A stretch of 46,748 nt of DNA from an uncultured Sulfurovum sp. (GTDB lineage Bacteria > Campylobacterota > Campylobacteria > Campylobacterales > Sulfurovaceae), in assembly GCA_902727995.1 (NCBI GenBank), contig CACVAZ010000014.1, positions 1-46,748 on the forward strand, in the 5' to 3' direction. This document shows positions 38,062 to 46,748 of this stretch, piece after piece (the stretch's first letter is position 1; each line of letters opens with the position of its first letter). The notes under the pieces were generated by a model, which had not been told where the DNA came from, did not search any database, and saw only the letters and a list, made by a program, of their open reading frames with translations. The position numbers and the translations under genes are program-made.

Positions 38062-38877
38062 ATGCCCAGTTCAAAAACATTAACCATTGCTGCCTTACAA
38101 CTTCCCACTTTGGGAATGCAAGCAACCAAACTTGATTTTTATCTTAGTAATGCTTACAATAGAAATGTAAAGCTTGTCCTTCTCGGAGAGTATGTTTTAA
38201 ATCACTTCTTTAAAGAGCTTCCTAATATTCCCATAAAAATGGTCAAGAAGCAAAGTGACAAACATGTTGAACTTCTTAAAAAGTTTGCCCTTAAATACCA
38301 AATGGTCTTCATTGCTCCTCTAATTATTATTAAAAAAAACCAATATATTAAAACTATTGTTAAAATTACAGCCAAATCTACTACTTATTATGAACAACAG
38401 ATTTTAATGCCCTATAAACATTGGAATGAGAAAAAAATGTTTGCCAATAAAATTAAAAAACTAAGATCTCCTCTGGCTTTTAAAGTTGAGGGATTTAAAA
38501 TTATGGCAATGGGTGGATTTGAATTACACTTTGGTCCTTTTTGGAGGGAAGTAATCAGAAAAAAAATTGACTTAGTACTTTTACCAACGGCATCAACTTT
38601 TGGTTCACATAATCGTTGGCGTGAGATTATAAAGACAAAAGCTTTTTTACATGGTTGCTATATTTTACGTGCCAATCGTTTAGGTGAATTCAAAGAAGAA
38701 AATGTCAAATGGAAATTTTATGGAGACTCAATGTTGGTCGAACCCAGTGGTGAAATATACATGATATTGGAAGATAAAGAGTCCATGCTAATTGAAACAA
38801 TTTCAAAAAATGTTATCAAAGAACATAAAGAAAGTTGGGCTTTTCAAGCAGAATTACAACTTAGAAAATCTCTTTAG
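38062..38877 (+). CDS. Carbon-nitrogen hydrolase (nitrilase-fold) family protein
   Basis: IAALQ, LVLLGEY, RANRLG, FYGDSMLVEPSG. Confidence 0.8.
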   Translation: MPSSKTLTIAALQLPTLGMQATKLDFYLSNAYNRNVKLVLLGEYVLNHFFKELPNIPIKMVKKQSDKHVELLKKFALKYQMVFIAPLIIIKKNQYIKTIVKITAKSTTYYEQQILMPYKHWNEKKMFANKIKKLRSPLAFKVEGFKIMAMGGFELHFGPFWREVIRKKIDLVLLPTASTFGSHNRWREIIKTKAFLHGCYILRANRLGEFKEENVKWKFYGDSMLVEPSGEIYMILEDKESMLIETISKNVIKEHKESWAFQAELQLRKSL

Positions 38878-39008
38878 TATTCTTTTTGTTTCTAACTTCG
38901 AAATAACCCTAAAAATGAATAAGATGTAATCTATTTTATTAGCTTTTAATCTAACTTAATAGTTAACATGTTACAATCTATTAAAATAAAAAAGGAATAG
39001 GAAGAAAC

Positions 39009-39554
39009 ATGAATAACGACTTAATGAAAATTGTAGAAGAGACAAAAAAACTCAAAACACTGGTACTAGAGGATGAGCCAGAGACAAATGAGTTGATGTG
39101 TACTACTCTAAAAAACTTTTTCTCAGAAGTTCACTCAGCTGTAGATGCTAGTTCTGCAATGCAACTTTTTGAGCAACACAGTCCAGATATTATCTTTATT
39201 GATATTATTTTACCAGGAAAAAGTGGTCTTGATGTTGCCAAAGAAATTAGAGAAATCAACCCTAAACAAATTATTGTAATTGTTTCAGCTAGTAATGACA
39301 TGGGAAACATCTCAGAAGCTGTTAAAATTGGCGTAAATAACTTTATTAGGAAACCAATTGACACCGACAAAATGATTGATGTTCTTAAAGACATTGTAGC
39401 TGACATCAAAAAACAAAAGAAAAATAGAACAAAGATTTTTTCTATTACTTTACCACTTGACCTTTATGAGCAAGTTGATCAAGATGCTAAAGGTGAAAGT
39501 ATTTCTAAAAATGCCATGATTATTAGAGCATTAAAACACTTCTACAACCTTTAG
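39009..39554 (+). CDS. Response regulator: receiver domain plus C-terminal ribbon-helix-helix domain
   Basis: LEDE, IFIDIILPGKSG, VSA, RKP; C-terminal FSITLPLDLYEQVDQDA...SKNAMIIRAL. Confidence 0.85.
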   Translation: MNNDLMKIVEETKKLKTLVLEDEPETNELMCTTLKNFFSEVHSAVDASSAMQLFEQHSPDIIFIDIILPGKSGLDVAKEIREINPKQIIVIVSASNDMGNISEAVKIGVNNFIRKPIDTDKMIDVLKDIVADIKKQKKNRTKIFSITLPLDLYEQVDQDAKGESISKNAMIIRALKHFYNL

Positions 39555-39586
39555 TATATATAATTTTATCTAACTTGATAAACCTT

Positions 39587-39611
39587 TAAAGAGCTTCACT
39601 GAAGCTCTTTA
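39587..39611. terminator. Bidirectional hairpin terminator
   Basis: Perfect TAAAGAGCTTC-ACT-GAAGCTCTTTA. Confidence 0.75.
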
Positions 39612-39633
39612 CAAAAAACATCTTATATCTCTC

Positions 39634-40926
39634 TTAACTTAACCTCATTCTTACCGATTCTTCATGTGCTGTTAAACCCTCTGTATTTGCAATTAAAGCA
39701 CAAGCTTCTCCTATTTCACTTAAACCTTTTTGTGTCATAGAAATAATAGATGACTTCTTCAAAAAATGGTCAACACTCAATGGAGAATAAAATTTAGCCG
39801 TTCCTCCAGTAGGAAGTGTATGGTTAGGACCAGCCACATAATCCCCAATAGGCTCAGGAGTATACTCTCCTAAGAAAATAGCACCTGCATGTTTAATCTG
39901 ACCCAATAGATCCATAGGATTCGTAGTTAAAACTTCTAAGTGTTCTGGTGCAATTTGGTTCATTAAGTCAATGGCTTCATCCATCGTCTCAGTCACAATA
40001 ATAGCACCACGCTCTTCAATGGATTTTCGAGCTATCTCTTCACGTGATAGAGTAGATAATAATTCTGTTACTTTAGCATCTACCTTAGATGCTAAAGTAA
40101 CATCCGTAGTAATTAAAATAGAAGATGCCATCTCATCATGTTCTGCTTGAGAAAGTAAATCAATCGCAATAAAATCTTCTCTAGCCATCTCATCAGCCAA
40201 AATACCAATCTCACTAGGTCCAGCAATCATATCAATATTGACTTCACCATAAACTAACTTTTTGGCTGTAGCCACAAAAATATTTCCAGGTCCCGTAATA
40301 ACATCAACTTTAGGAATTGTCTCTGTTCCATAAGCCATTGCTCCAATAGCCGATGCACCCCCTACTTTAAATACTTTAGTGACTTTACATAAATGACAAG
40401 CAGCCAAAAGAAGTTCATTCAACTCATTATCAGGTGATGGAGTACAAACAACAATTTCCTCTACCCCAGCCACAATAGCAGGAATGGCATTCATAAGTAA
40501 AGAAGAGGGGTAAGCAGCTTTCCCTCCAGGAATATAGAGTCCAGCAGAATCAACAGCTGTAACCTTTTGTCCTAGCATATTGCCATTTTTTTCATAATCG
40601 AACCAAGATTTTGGCATAAGTTTTTCATGGTAATCTTCAATTCTATCATACGCCATGTGTAAAGCATCTCTTAGTGTCGGGTCAATATTATTGTAAGCTT
40701 TTTCCATAGACGCTACTGAAACAGCTAAGGCTTCATCATTTTGAGGCTCCCATCTATCAAATTTAGCAATATGACCTCTTAACGCACTGTTTCCCTCACT
40801 TCTAATCTCATCAAGTAAACCTTTTACAATACTGGTAACACCATCAATGTCCATAGCACCACGTTTCAATAACTCATCAAATTCATATTGAAAGTTTTCA
40901 TCTTTTGTACTAAATATTTTCATCAT
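39634..40926 (-). CDS. hisD: Histidinol dehydrogenase
   Basis: GLYIPGG, YPSS, GPGN, AGPSE, SQAEHD, APEHL, GDY-AGPNHTLPT; start re-assigned to MMKIF. Confidence 0.96.
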   Translation of the reverse strand: MMKIFSTKDENFQYEFDELLKRGAMDIDGVTSIVKGLLDEIRSEGNSALRGHIAKFDRWEPQNDEALAVSVASMEKAYNNIDPTLRDALHMAYDRIEDYHEKLMPKSWFDYEKNGNMLGQKVTAVDSAGLYIPGGKAAYPSSLLMNAIPAIVAGVEEIVVCTPSPDNELNELLLAACHLCKVTKVFKVGGASAIGAMAYGTETIPKVDVITGPGNIFVATAKKLVYGEVNIDMIAGPSEIGILADEMAREDFIAIDLLSQAEHDEMASSILITTDVTLASKVDAKVTELLSTLSREEIARKSIEERGAIIVTETMDEAIDLMNQIAPEHLEVLTTNPMDLLGQIKHAGAIFLGEYTPEPIGDYVAGPNHTLPTGGTAKFYSPLSVDHFLKKSSIISMTQKGLSEIGEACALIANTEGLTAHEESVRMRLS

Positions 40927-41776
40927 ATTTCCTTTTATATCTTGCCAACATACTCTCATTTCCTATCAAGCCACCTTGATGAATGTAGAGTACTGGTTTC
41001 TCAAAAATGTGTGGATTTTCTAACAAAGTTAGCCATCCATGAGCATCATAAAGTAAATCAAACTCTATGCCCATATTCGCTTGTAATTTTAACCAAATAT
41101 TATAAGACTCTCTATATAACTTGCCAAAGTGTCTTTTTTTAGAAGGTCTAATAATTCTTGGATAAAAAACTTCATTATCTTCTAACATTTTAAACTGTTC
41201 TTTCAAGTAAATCTCATCACCCACACAGGGAACCGTATACACTTTATTTTTAGAGTTTTTTTGTAAATAGAGTGCTGTTGTTCCCGTACCAGCTGGTAAA
41301 AAAATATTTATAAACTCAAACCCCTGCTCTTTTTGCCATGCCTCTATCTCTTGGACTAATTTTTGTAACCCATATTCTGCATAAGCTTCTCGACCACCCT
41401 CTTCTATAAAAAGCACCTCTTTATTTTCAACTCTCTTTTTTAAAGGTTTCTCATCTTCAACAATCAACTGCATTCCATTCTCAAGTGCATACTTATAATT
41501 TCCATGAGGGTTCTGTTCTAAATAATCTGGAATATGTGTCACATAATATTCAAACTTCCAAGCTTTTAATTTTGCAAGAACAGAAAGTGAGTACATTGCG
41601 TTAGATTGATTTGAACCATAAGAGACTATTTGCTTAACTTTAGGGAAATCATGATTTAAAAAATAAGCAAACTTACGTGCTTTATTGCCTGAAAATTCTT
41701 TAGAGAGTAAATCATCTCTTTTTATGTAAATGGTTTGGTTTTGAAAGTATTTTTTTTGGATTGGAGAGTTTATCAT
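40910..41776 (-). CDS. ACC deaminase / D-cysteine desulfhydrase family PLP enzyme
   Basis: IKRDDL, SGNKARK, GSNQSN, EGG, AGTGTT, HQGG; start re-assigned to MINSPIQ because the upstream extension runs through a REP. Confidence 0.85.
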   Translation of the reverse strand: MINSPIQKKYFQNQTIYIKRDDLLSKEFSGNKARKFAYFLNHDFPKVKQIVSYGSNQSNAMYSLSVLAKLKAWKFEYYVTHIPDYLEQNPHGNYKYALENGMQLIVEDEKPLKKRVENKEVLFIEEGGREAYAEYGLQKLVQEIEAWQKEQGFEFINIFLPAGTGTTALYLQKNSKNKVYTVPCVGDEIYLKEQFKMLEDNEVFYPRIIRPSKKRHFGKLYRESYNIWLKLQANMGIEFDLLYDAHGWLTLLENPHIFEKPVLYIHQGGLIGNESMLARYKRKYDENI

Positions 41777-41794
41777 TAAGAAGATTCTTACTAA

Positions 41795-41868
41795 TGTTGG
41801 CTGAAGCCACCCTACAGGTTTCAAACTAAATTACAATTTATAAGCTGTAGGGTCGGCTTTAGCCGACA
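41795..41868. repeat. Inverted doublet of GTAG-type REP palindromes
   Basis: TGTTGGCTGAAGCCACCCTACAG (41795-41817) and CTGTAGGGTCGGCTTTAGCCGACA (41845-41868). Confidence 0.78.
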
Positions 41869-41875
41869 AAAAATA

Positions 41876-42949
41876 CTAATTTCTATCCAAACAATTCAAG
41901 TCCGAAAAAGCTTGTTCTAAACGTGTAACAGTAGACAATTCACCTTCACGTAACCATTTTCTAGGATCATAATATTTTTTATTTGGTTTATCATCACCTT
42001 CAGGATTTCCAATTTGACCTTGTAAATACGCATGATATTGGTCAACATAAGCACGTACACCATCCCAAAATGCCCACTGTGTATCCGTATCAATGTTCAT
42101 CTTAACAACCCCATACTCGATACCTTCTCTAATCTCTTCAAGTGTTGAACCTGAACCACCATGGAAAACAAAGTCTACAGGTTTTTCTGCTGTGTTATAT
42201 TTTTCTTGAATATACTTTTGAGAATTATCTAAAATAGTTGGTGTAAGCACAACATTTCCTGGTTTGTAAACCCCATGTACATTTCCAAATGAAGCAGCAA
42301 CGGTAAACATAGATGAGATTTTTAATAACTCTTCATAGGCATAAGCAACCTCTTTTGGTTGAGTATAAAGCAATGCATTATCTATCTCTGTATTGTCCAC
42401 ACCATCTTCTTCACCACCTGTTACCCCAAGCTCAATTTCAAGGGTAATGCCAATTTTAGCCATACGTTCCAAATAGATTTTACACGTACCAATATTCTCT
42501 TCAATAGGCTCTTCTGAAAGATCAATCATGTGTGAAGAAAAAAGAGGTTTTCCAAAGGCTTCAAAATGCTTTTCACTTGCCTCTAACAGAGCATCAATCC
42601 AAGGTAAAAGTTTACGAGAAGCATGATCCGTATGTAAAATAACAGGTACGCCATAAGCTTCGGCTACCGTATGAACATGCTGGGCACCAGCAATGGTTCC
42701 AAGAACAGCTTTTTTATCAGAAGGCATCCCTTTCCCAGCATAAAATTCACCACCACCATTTGAAAACTGAATAATAATAGGTGAATTAACCTTGGCAGCA
42801 GCTTCTAACACTGCATTAACAGATGAAGTGCCAACAATATTAACAGCTGGAATGGCAAAGCCTTCTTCCTTAGCTATTGCAAAAAGTTCTTGAACTTGAC
42901 TGCCACTCAAAACACCACACGGTAGGCTATCTAACACTTTTTTACTCAT
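41876..42949 (-). CDS. fbaA: Class II fructose-bisphosphate aldolase
   Basis: LHTDH, SSHMIDLS, EIELGVTGGEEDG, GNVHG, VFHGGSG, KMNIDTD. Confidence 0.96.
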   Translation of the reverse strand: MSKKVLDSLPCGVLSGSQVQELFAIAKEEGFAIPAVNIVGTSSVNAVLEAAAKVNSPIIIQFSNGGGEFYAGKGMPSDKKAVLGTIAGAQHVHTVAEAYGVPVILHTDHASRKLLPWIDALLEASEKHFEAFGKPLFSSHMIDLSEEPIEENIGTCKIYLERMAKIGITLEIELGVTGGEEDGVDNTEIDNALLYTQPKEVAYAYEELLKISSMFTVAASFGNVHGVYKPGNVVLTPTILDNSQKYIQEKYNTAEKPVDFVFHGGSGSTLEEIREGIEYGVVKMNIDTDTQWAFWDGVRAYVDQYHAYLQGQIGNPEGDDKPNKKYYDPRKWLREGELSTVTRLEQAFSDLNCLDRN

Positions 42950-42986
42950 TATATTTTACCTTTAAATCTAAGATTAAATTTTTGTA

Positions 42987-43802
42987 CTATTTTACAATAA
43001 TATTTGCAGTTTCTTTCAACGTTTTACTTAACTTTTCCAATTTTGCTTTGAATCGAGTAAGACGTAAGGATTTAACAATATCTCTCTTAGCTACTTCATA
43101 AGAGATAACCCCTTCTTCATTCTTATCTTCAAGATAAATTATATGATAACCAAACTGCGTTTTAACAGCTTTTTTAGTAATGTTTCCTACCTTTAGAGCA
43201 AAAGAAGCTTCAGAAAACTCAGGAACCATTTGTTCATAAATAAACCAATCTAATGCACCACCATTTACAGCACTAGGTCCTATCGATTGGCTATGTGCAA
43301 GTTCAATAAACTTTTCTTTTAACATAGCACTCAATTCTAGCTCTTTGATTAGCCTAATTGCTTTATTTTCTGTTGCCAATAAAATATGACGAACTTTTAC
43401 GGAAGCTGGTTTTGAAAATTTTTCAAAATTATTATAGTAATATTTTTGAGCATCACTTTTTGAGATTATAATCTCTTCAACTTTCATTTTCATCCAATAA
43501 TCTAACAGTAGATTTTCTTGTAGTTTTTTTAGAGCTTCTTGATAGTCAGCACTTTGTTCTATGTCTGTTCGTTTAGCATCTTCTAAAAATAATTTACGTT
43601 CAACCATTTGATTGACTACGGATTTCTTTTGAACAGTGGTTAAAGAGGAAAAGGTAGCCCCAGGGATACTCTCTATCACAAACTCATTGACATCTTTCTT
43701 GGAAATACCCTCACCATTGACAGTTGCTAAAATTTCATTTGCTGATAAAAGAAGCGTAGTAACTAAAGAGGAAAACAAAAAAAGTTTAAATATTTTTTTC
43801 AA
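42987..43802 (-). CDS. PpiC-type peptidyl-prolyl isomerase / chaperone (PEB4-like)
   Basis: Signal peptide; VRHILL, GGALDW, MVPEFS, KTQFGYHII; located between nth and fba. Confidence 0.88.
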   Translation of the reverse strand: MKKIFKLFLFSSLVTTLLLSANEILATVNGEGISKKDVNEFVIESIPGATFSSLTTVQKKSVVNQMVERKLFLEDAKRTDIEQSADYQEALKKLQENLLLDYWMKMKVEEIIISKSDAQKYYYNNFEKFSKPASVKVRHILLATENKAIRLIKELELSAMLKEKFIELAHSQSIGPSAVNGGALDWFIYEQMVPEFSEASFALKVGNITKKAVKTQFGYHIIYLEDKNEEGVISYEVAKRDIVKSLRLTRFKAKLEKLSKTLKETANIIVK

Positions 43803-43956
43803 TTTTAGACCTTATAAATATATTAATGATATATTATAACATTAATTAGTAAATGATTGGTAAATCATAATTAAATAATTTCTTATCTATTATTTAAATA
43901 GACTATAATAGTAAAAAAATATATAATAATATTATTATATAAAAAGATGATAAAAA

Positions 43957-44610
43957 ATGCCTAAAAAAATCAAACCAGCTACAAAAAAAGAAATTGAAGA
44001 AATTAAAGCTCTGTTTCTTAAACATTATCCTGAATCTTTAACAGAACTTAACTATAATAATATTTATGAACTACTTATCGCTGTGATGCTTTCTGCCCAA
44101 TGTACTGATAAAAGAGTCAATATTATTTCTCCTGCTCTTTTTCAAGCCTACCCCTCAGCCATTGAACTTGCCAATGCTGATTTAGATGAAGTAAAATCCT
44201 ATCTTAATACTTGTTCTTTTTTCAATAATAAAGCTAAAAACCTTATTAAAATGGCTCAGTCTATCATCGAAAACTATAACGGAGAAATTCCAAATGAACG
44301 AGACGAATTGGTCAAATTAGCAGGGGTTGGTCAAAAGACAGCCAATGTCGTGATGATAGAATATTTTGGTGCAAATTTAATGGCTGTAGATACCCATGTC
44401 TTCAGAGTAGCCCACCGTTTAGGACTAAGCGATGATAAAACGGCATTAAAAACAGAAGCTACCTTAAGTAAAAAATTTAAAACAGATTTACATCTACTTC
44501 ATCAAGCCATGGTACTTTTTGGACGCTACAAATGCAAAGCTGTCAAACCTGAGTGCGAGGGATGCTTTATGAAAAAACACTGTAGAACTTCAGATACATT
44601 TCGGGTATAA
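43957..44610 (+). CDS. nth: Endonuclease III
   Basis: LSAQCTD, HhH LAGVGQKTANV, VDTHV, C-x6-C-x2-C-x5-C. Confidence 0.96.
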   Translation: MPKKIKPATKKEIEEIKALFLKHYPESLTELNYNNIYELLIAVMLSAQCTDKRVNIISPALFQAYPSAIELANADLDEVKSYLNTCSFFNNKAKNLIKMAQSIIENYNGEIPNERDELVKLAGVGQKTANVVMIEYFGANLMAVDTHVFRVAHRLGLSDDKTALKTEATLSKKFKTDLHLLHQAMVLFGRYKCKAVKPECEGCFMKKHCRTSDTFRV

Positions 44611-44632
44611 GGTATTTTCCCAAGAAAACACC

Positions 44633-45976
44633 CTACTCGTTAATCATCTCACCAATCATAAATGAAAGCTCTAAGGCTTGACTGGCATTCAGTCTTGGAT
44701 CACACTGTGTGTGGTAACGAGAACTTAAATCTTCAGATGTAATGGCACAAGAAGCAGAACCTGTACACTCAGTTACATCATTTCCTGTCATTTCTAAGTG
44801 AATTCCCCCAGCAATGGTTCCCATCTCTTTGTGAATATTAAAGAACTGCTCTACTTCTGACAAAATGTTATCAAAATCTCTGGTTTTATACCCACTTGAA
44901 CTCTTCTCAACATTTCCATGCATGGGATCACATGACCACACTACATGCTTCCCTGAATCTTTAACTTTTTTAAGAAGTTTAGGGAAAAATTCTTGAATCT
45001 TAGATGCTCCCATACGAACAATTAAATTTAATCTACCCTCTTCATTATTTGGATTTAATACTTCAATCAACTCTATTAACTCGTCTTCACCCATGCTTGG
45101 TCCAACTTTACAACCAATAGGATTTTCAATACCTCTAAAGTACTCAATATGTGCTTCAGTTAATTCTCTGGTTCGATCCCCAATCCATAACATGTGTGCT
45201 GAACAATCATAATATTTATTATCACCCTCAGAATCCTGTTTTGTCAATGCCTCTTCATAGTTCAATAAAAGTGCTTCATGTGAAGAATAAATGGTGGTTT
45301 GATGTAATTGAGGTACGATATCCGATGAAAGCCCACAAGCAGACATAAACTTAACAGCTGAATCAATTTTATGAGAAAGTTCTTCATATTTTAATCCAAG
45401 TTCATTATCCTTAATAAAGTCTAAGTTCCACTGATGCACTTTATTTAAATCGGCTAAACCTCCTCTTGAAAATGCTCTTAAAAGATTTTGCGTAGCTGCT
45501 GATTGATTATAAGCACGAATCATATTATGAGGGTTGGGTATTCGGGCTTCTTCAGTAAACTCAATACCGTTAATAATATCTCCACGATAAGAAGGGAGTT
45601 TAACCCCATCTATCTCTTCAAAATCAGAAGATCTTGGTTTTGCAAATTGCCCAGCAATTCTTCCTACTTTAACCACTGGCTTCCCTGTAGAATACATCAT
45701 AACCATGTTCATTTGTAACATAAGCTTAAAAAAGTTTTTAATATTTGGGGTATTAAAATCAGAAAAACTTTCAGCACAATCTCCACCTTGAAGTAAAAAG
45801 GCTTCACCTCGTCCTACTTCAGCTAACTTTGCTTTTAGCGTTCTTGCCTCTCCAGCAAAAATTAAAGGTGGGTAAGAACTTAGCTCTGCTTCAACACCCT
45901 TAAGTGCTTCTTGGTCTATATAAGTTGGTTGTTGCTTAATTGGAAATTCTCTCCAAGAGCTTGGTGTCCAGTTCAT
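44633..45976 (-). CDS. Class II DAHP synthase
   Basis: QGGDCAE, GRIAGQFAKPRS, SYRGD, WIGDRT, DPMHGN, HLEMTG, CDPRLN. Confidence 0.95.
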   Translation of the reverse strand: MNWTPSSWREFPIKQQPTYIDQEALKGVEAELSSYPPLIFAGEARTLKAKLAEVGRGEAFLLQGGDCAESFSDFNTPNIKNFFKLMLQMNMVMMYSTGKPVVKVGRIAGQFAKPRSSDFEEIDGVKLPSYRGDIINGIEFTEEARIPNPHNMIRAYNQSAATQNLLRAFSRGGLADLNKVHQWNLDFIKDNELGLKYEELSHKIDSAVKFMSACGLSSDIVPQLHQTTIYSSHEALLLNYEEALTKQDSEGDNKYYDCSAHMLWIGDRTRELTEAHIEYFRGIENPIGCKVGPSMGEDELIELIEVLNPNNEEGRLNLIVRMGASKIQEFFPKLLKKVKDSGKHVVWSCDPMHGNVEKSSSGYKTRDFDNILSEVEQFFNIHKEMGTIAGGIHLEMTGNDVTECTGSASCAITSEDLSSRYHTQCDPRLNASQALELSFMIGEMINE

Positions 45977-46134
45977 TCTTTTGTCCTTATCTAGTCAAAT
46001 TTTTATGTAGAATTCAACTTAAAAAATTAATTCGAAAATTATACCTTGAAAAAGTTAAAATTTGGGGCTTTTAATTTACTATATATTTATTATCAGAAGA
46101 TATAATATAGTTGAATGATAAAAAAGGAAAATTC

Positions 46135-46743
46135 ATGAAAAAAATCTTATTCAGCTTTTCACTTCTACTCTTTGGATTAATGATCAATGGATGTGTTAAA
46201 AACAGCACTGTCACACAAAACCAACAAACAACGATCCAACGAACAACAGTTCCCACTCCCATATCACCTACAATTGTAACAGCACCACCATTGGCAATGG
46301 GAGACTACGATCAACTTCAAACGGTTCAAGGCACTACTTTATCACTTCAAGAAAAGAGTAATGGCTTTGTTTTTCCTCAATATAATAATAAAATTGTACT
46401 TTTACAAATATTTGGACAAGATTGCCCCTATTGTTTTGAGGAGATGCCCATTATAAATAATATTAAAAGAAAATATGCAGGAAACTTACAATTAATAGGG
46501 ATTCAAGCACAGGAACCCATGAGTAAAGAAACAGCCTCTTACCTTATTCAGAAATTTGAAATGAATTATCCAATTATAGATAAAGATGAAGGTAGAGGGC
46601 TACTTCGTTTCATACAAAACACCTATGGGTGGACAGGCATTCTTCCCTATACCTTAATAATAAAAAATGGGGTTACAGAATACTCTTTTTCAGGAGCAGT
46701 TAGCCATCAAGAGCTAGATGAAGCCATAAAAAGCCTAATTTAA
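46135..46743 (+). CDS. TlpA-like thioredoxin-fold lipoprotein
   Basis: Start MKKILF, lipobox MINGC, Thr/Pro linker, DCPYC...EMP, ILPYT. Confidence 0.85.
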   Translation: MKKILFSFSLLLFGLMINGCVKNSTVTQNQQTTIQRTTVPTPISPTIVTAPPLAMGDYDQLQTVQGTTLSLQEKSNGFVFPQYNNKIVLLQIFGQDCPYCFEEMPIINNIKRKYAGNLQLIGIQAQEPMSKETASYLIQKFEMNYPIIDKDEGRGLLRFIQNTYGWTGILPYTLIIKNGVTEYSFSGAVSHQELDEAIKSLI

Positions 46744-46748
46744 AAAGC

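Overview
AT-rich chromosomal segment, most likely from a Campylobacterota (Sulfurovum-like) organism. This is inferred from Campylobacter-type gene order (nadK-recN, tatD-mltD-SPOR-hisB-kdsC-lptC, tsaE-lptB, nth/peb4-fba, stand-alone atpB) and TGnTATAAT promoters with T-tracts. Left end (1-4.4 kb): the 5' part of a type III-D-like CRISPR-Cas effector operon (cas10, cas7, cas5-cas11-like fusion, double-cas7 running off the window). Its compact HD-less cas10 carries one in-frame TGA, and its promoter has a palindrome spaced like a WYL-regulator site. Next come REP-like palindromes, two small membrane ORFs missing from the ORF track, metH and a secreted 2xCBM2 glycanase-like protein. The best candidate for an undescribed system is the 11.7-19.2 kb operon: M20 peptidase, two RimK-like ATP-grasp ligases (one fused to a helix-hairpin-helix module), a large apparently cytosolic M14 carboxypeptidase and an NlpC/P60 lipoprotein, behind a promoter with a perfect operator. 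It looks like a glutamyl-peptide 'writer/eraser' module. The rest is mostly housekeeping, plus an orphan REC-ribbon-helix-helix regulator. No CRISPR array, tRNA, rRNA or transposase was seen. All family assignments are by motif recognition, not database search.
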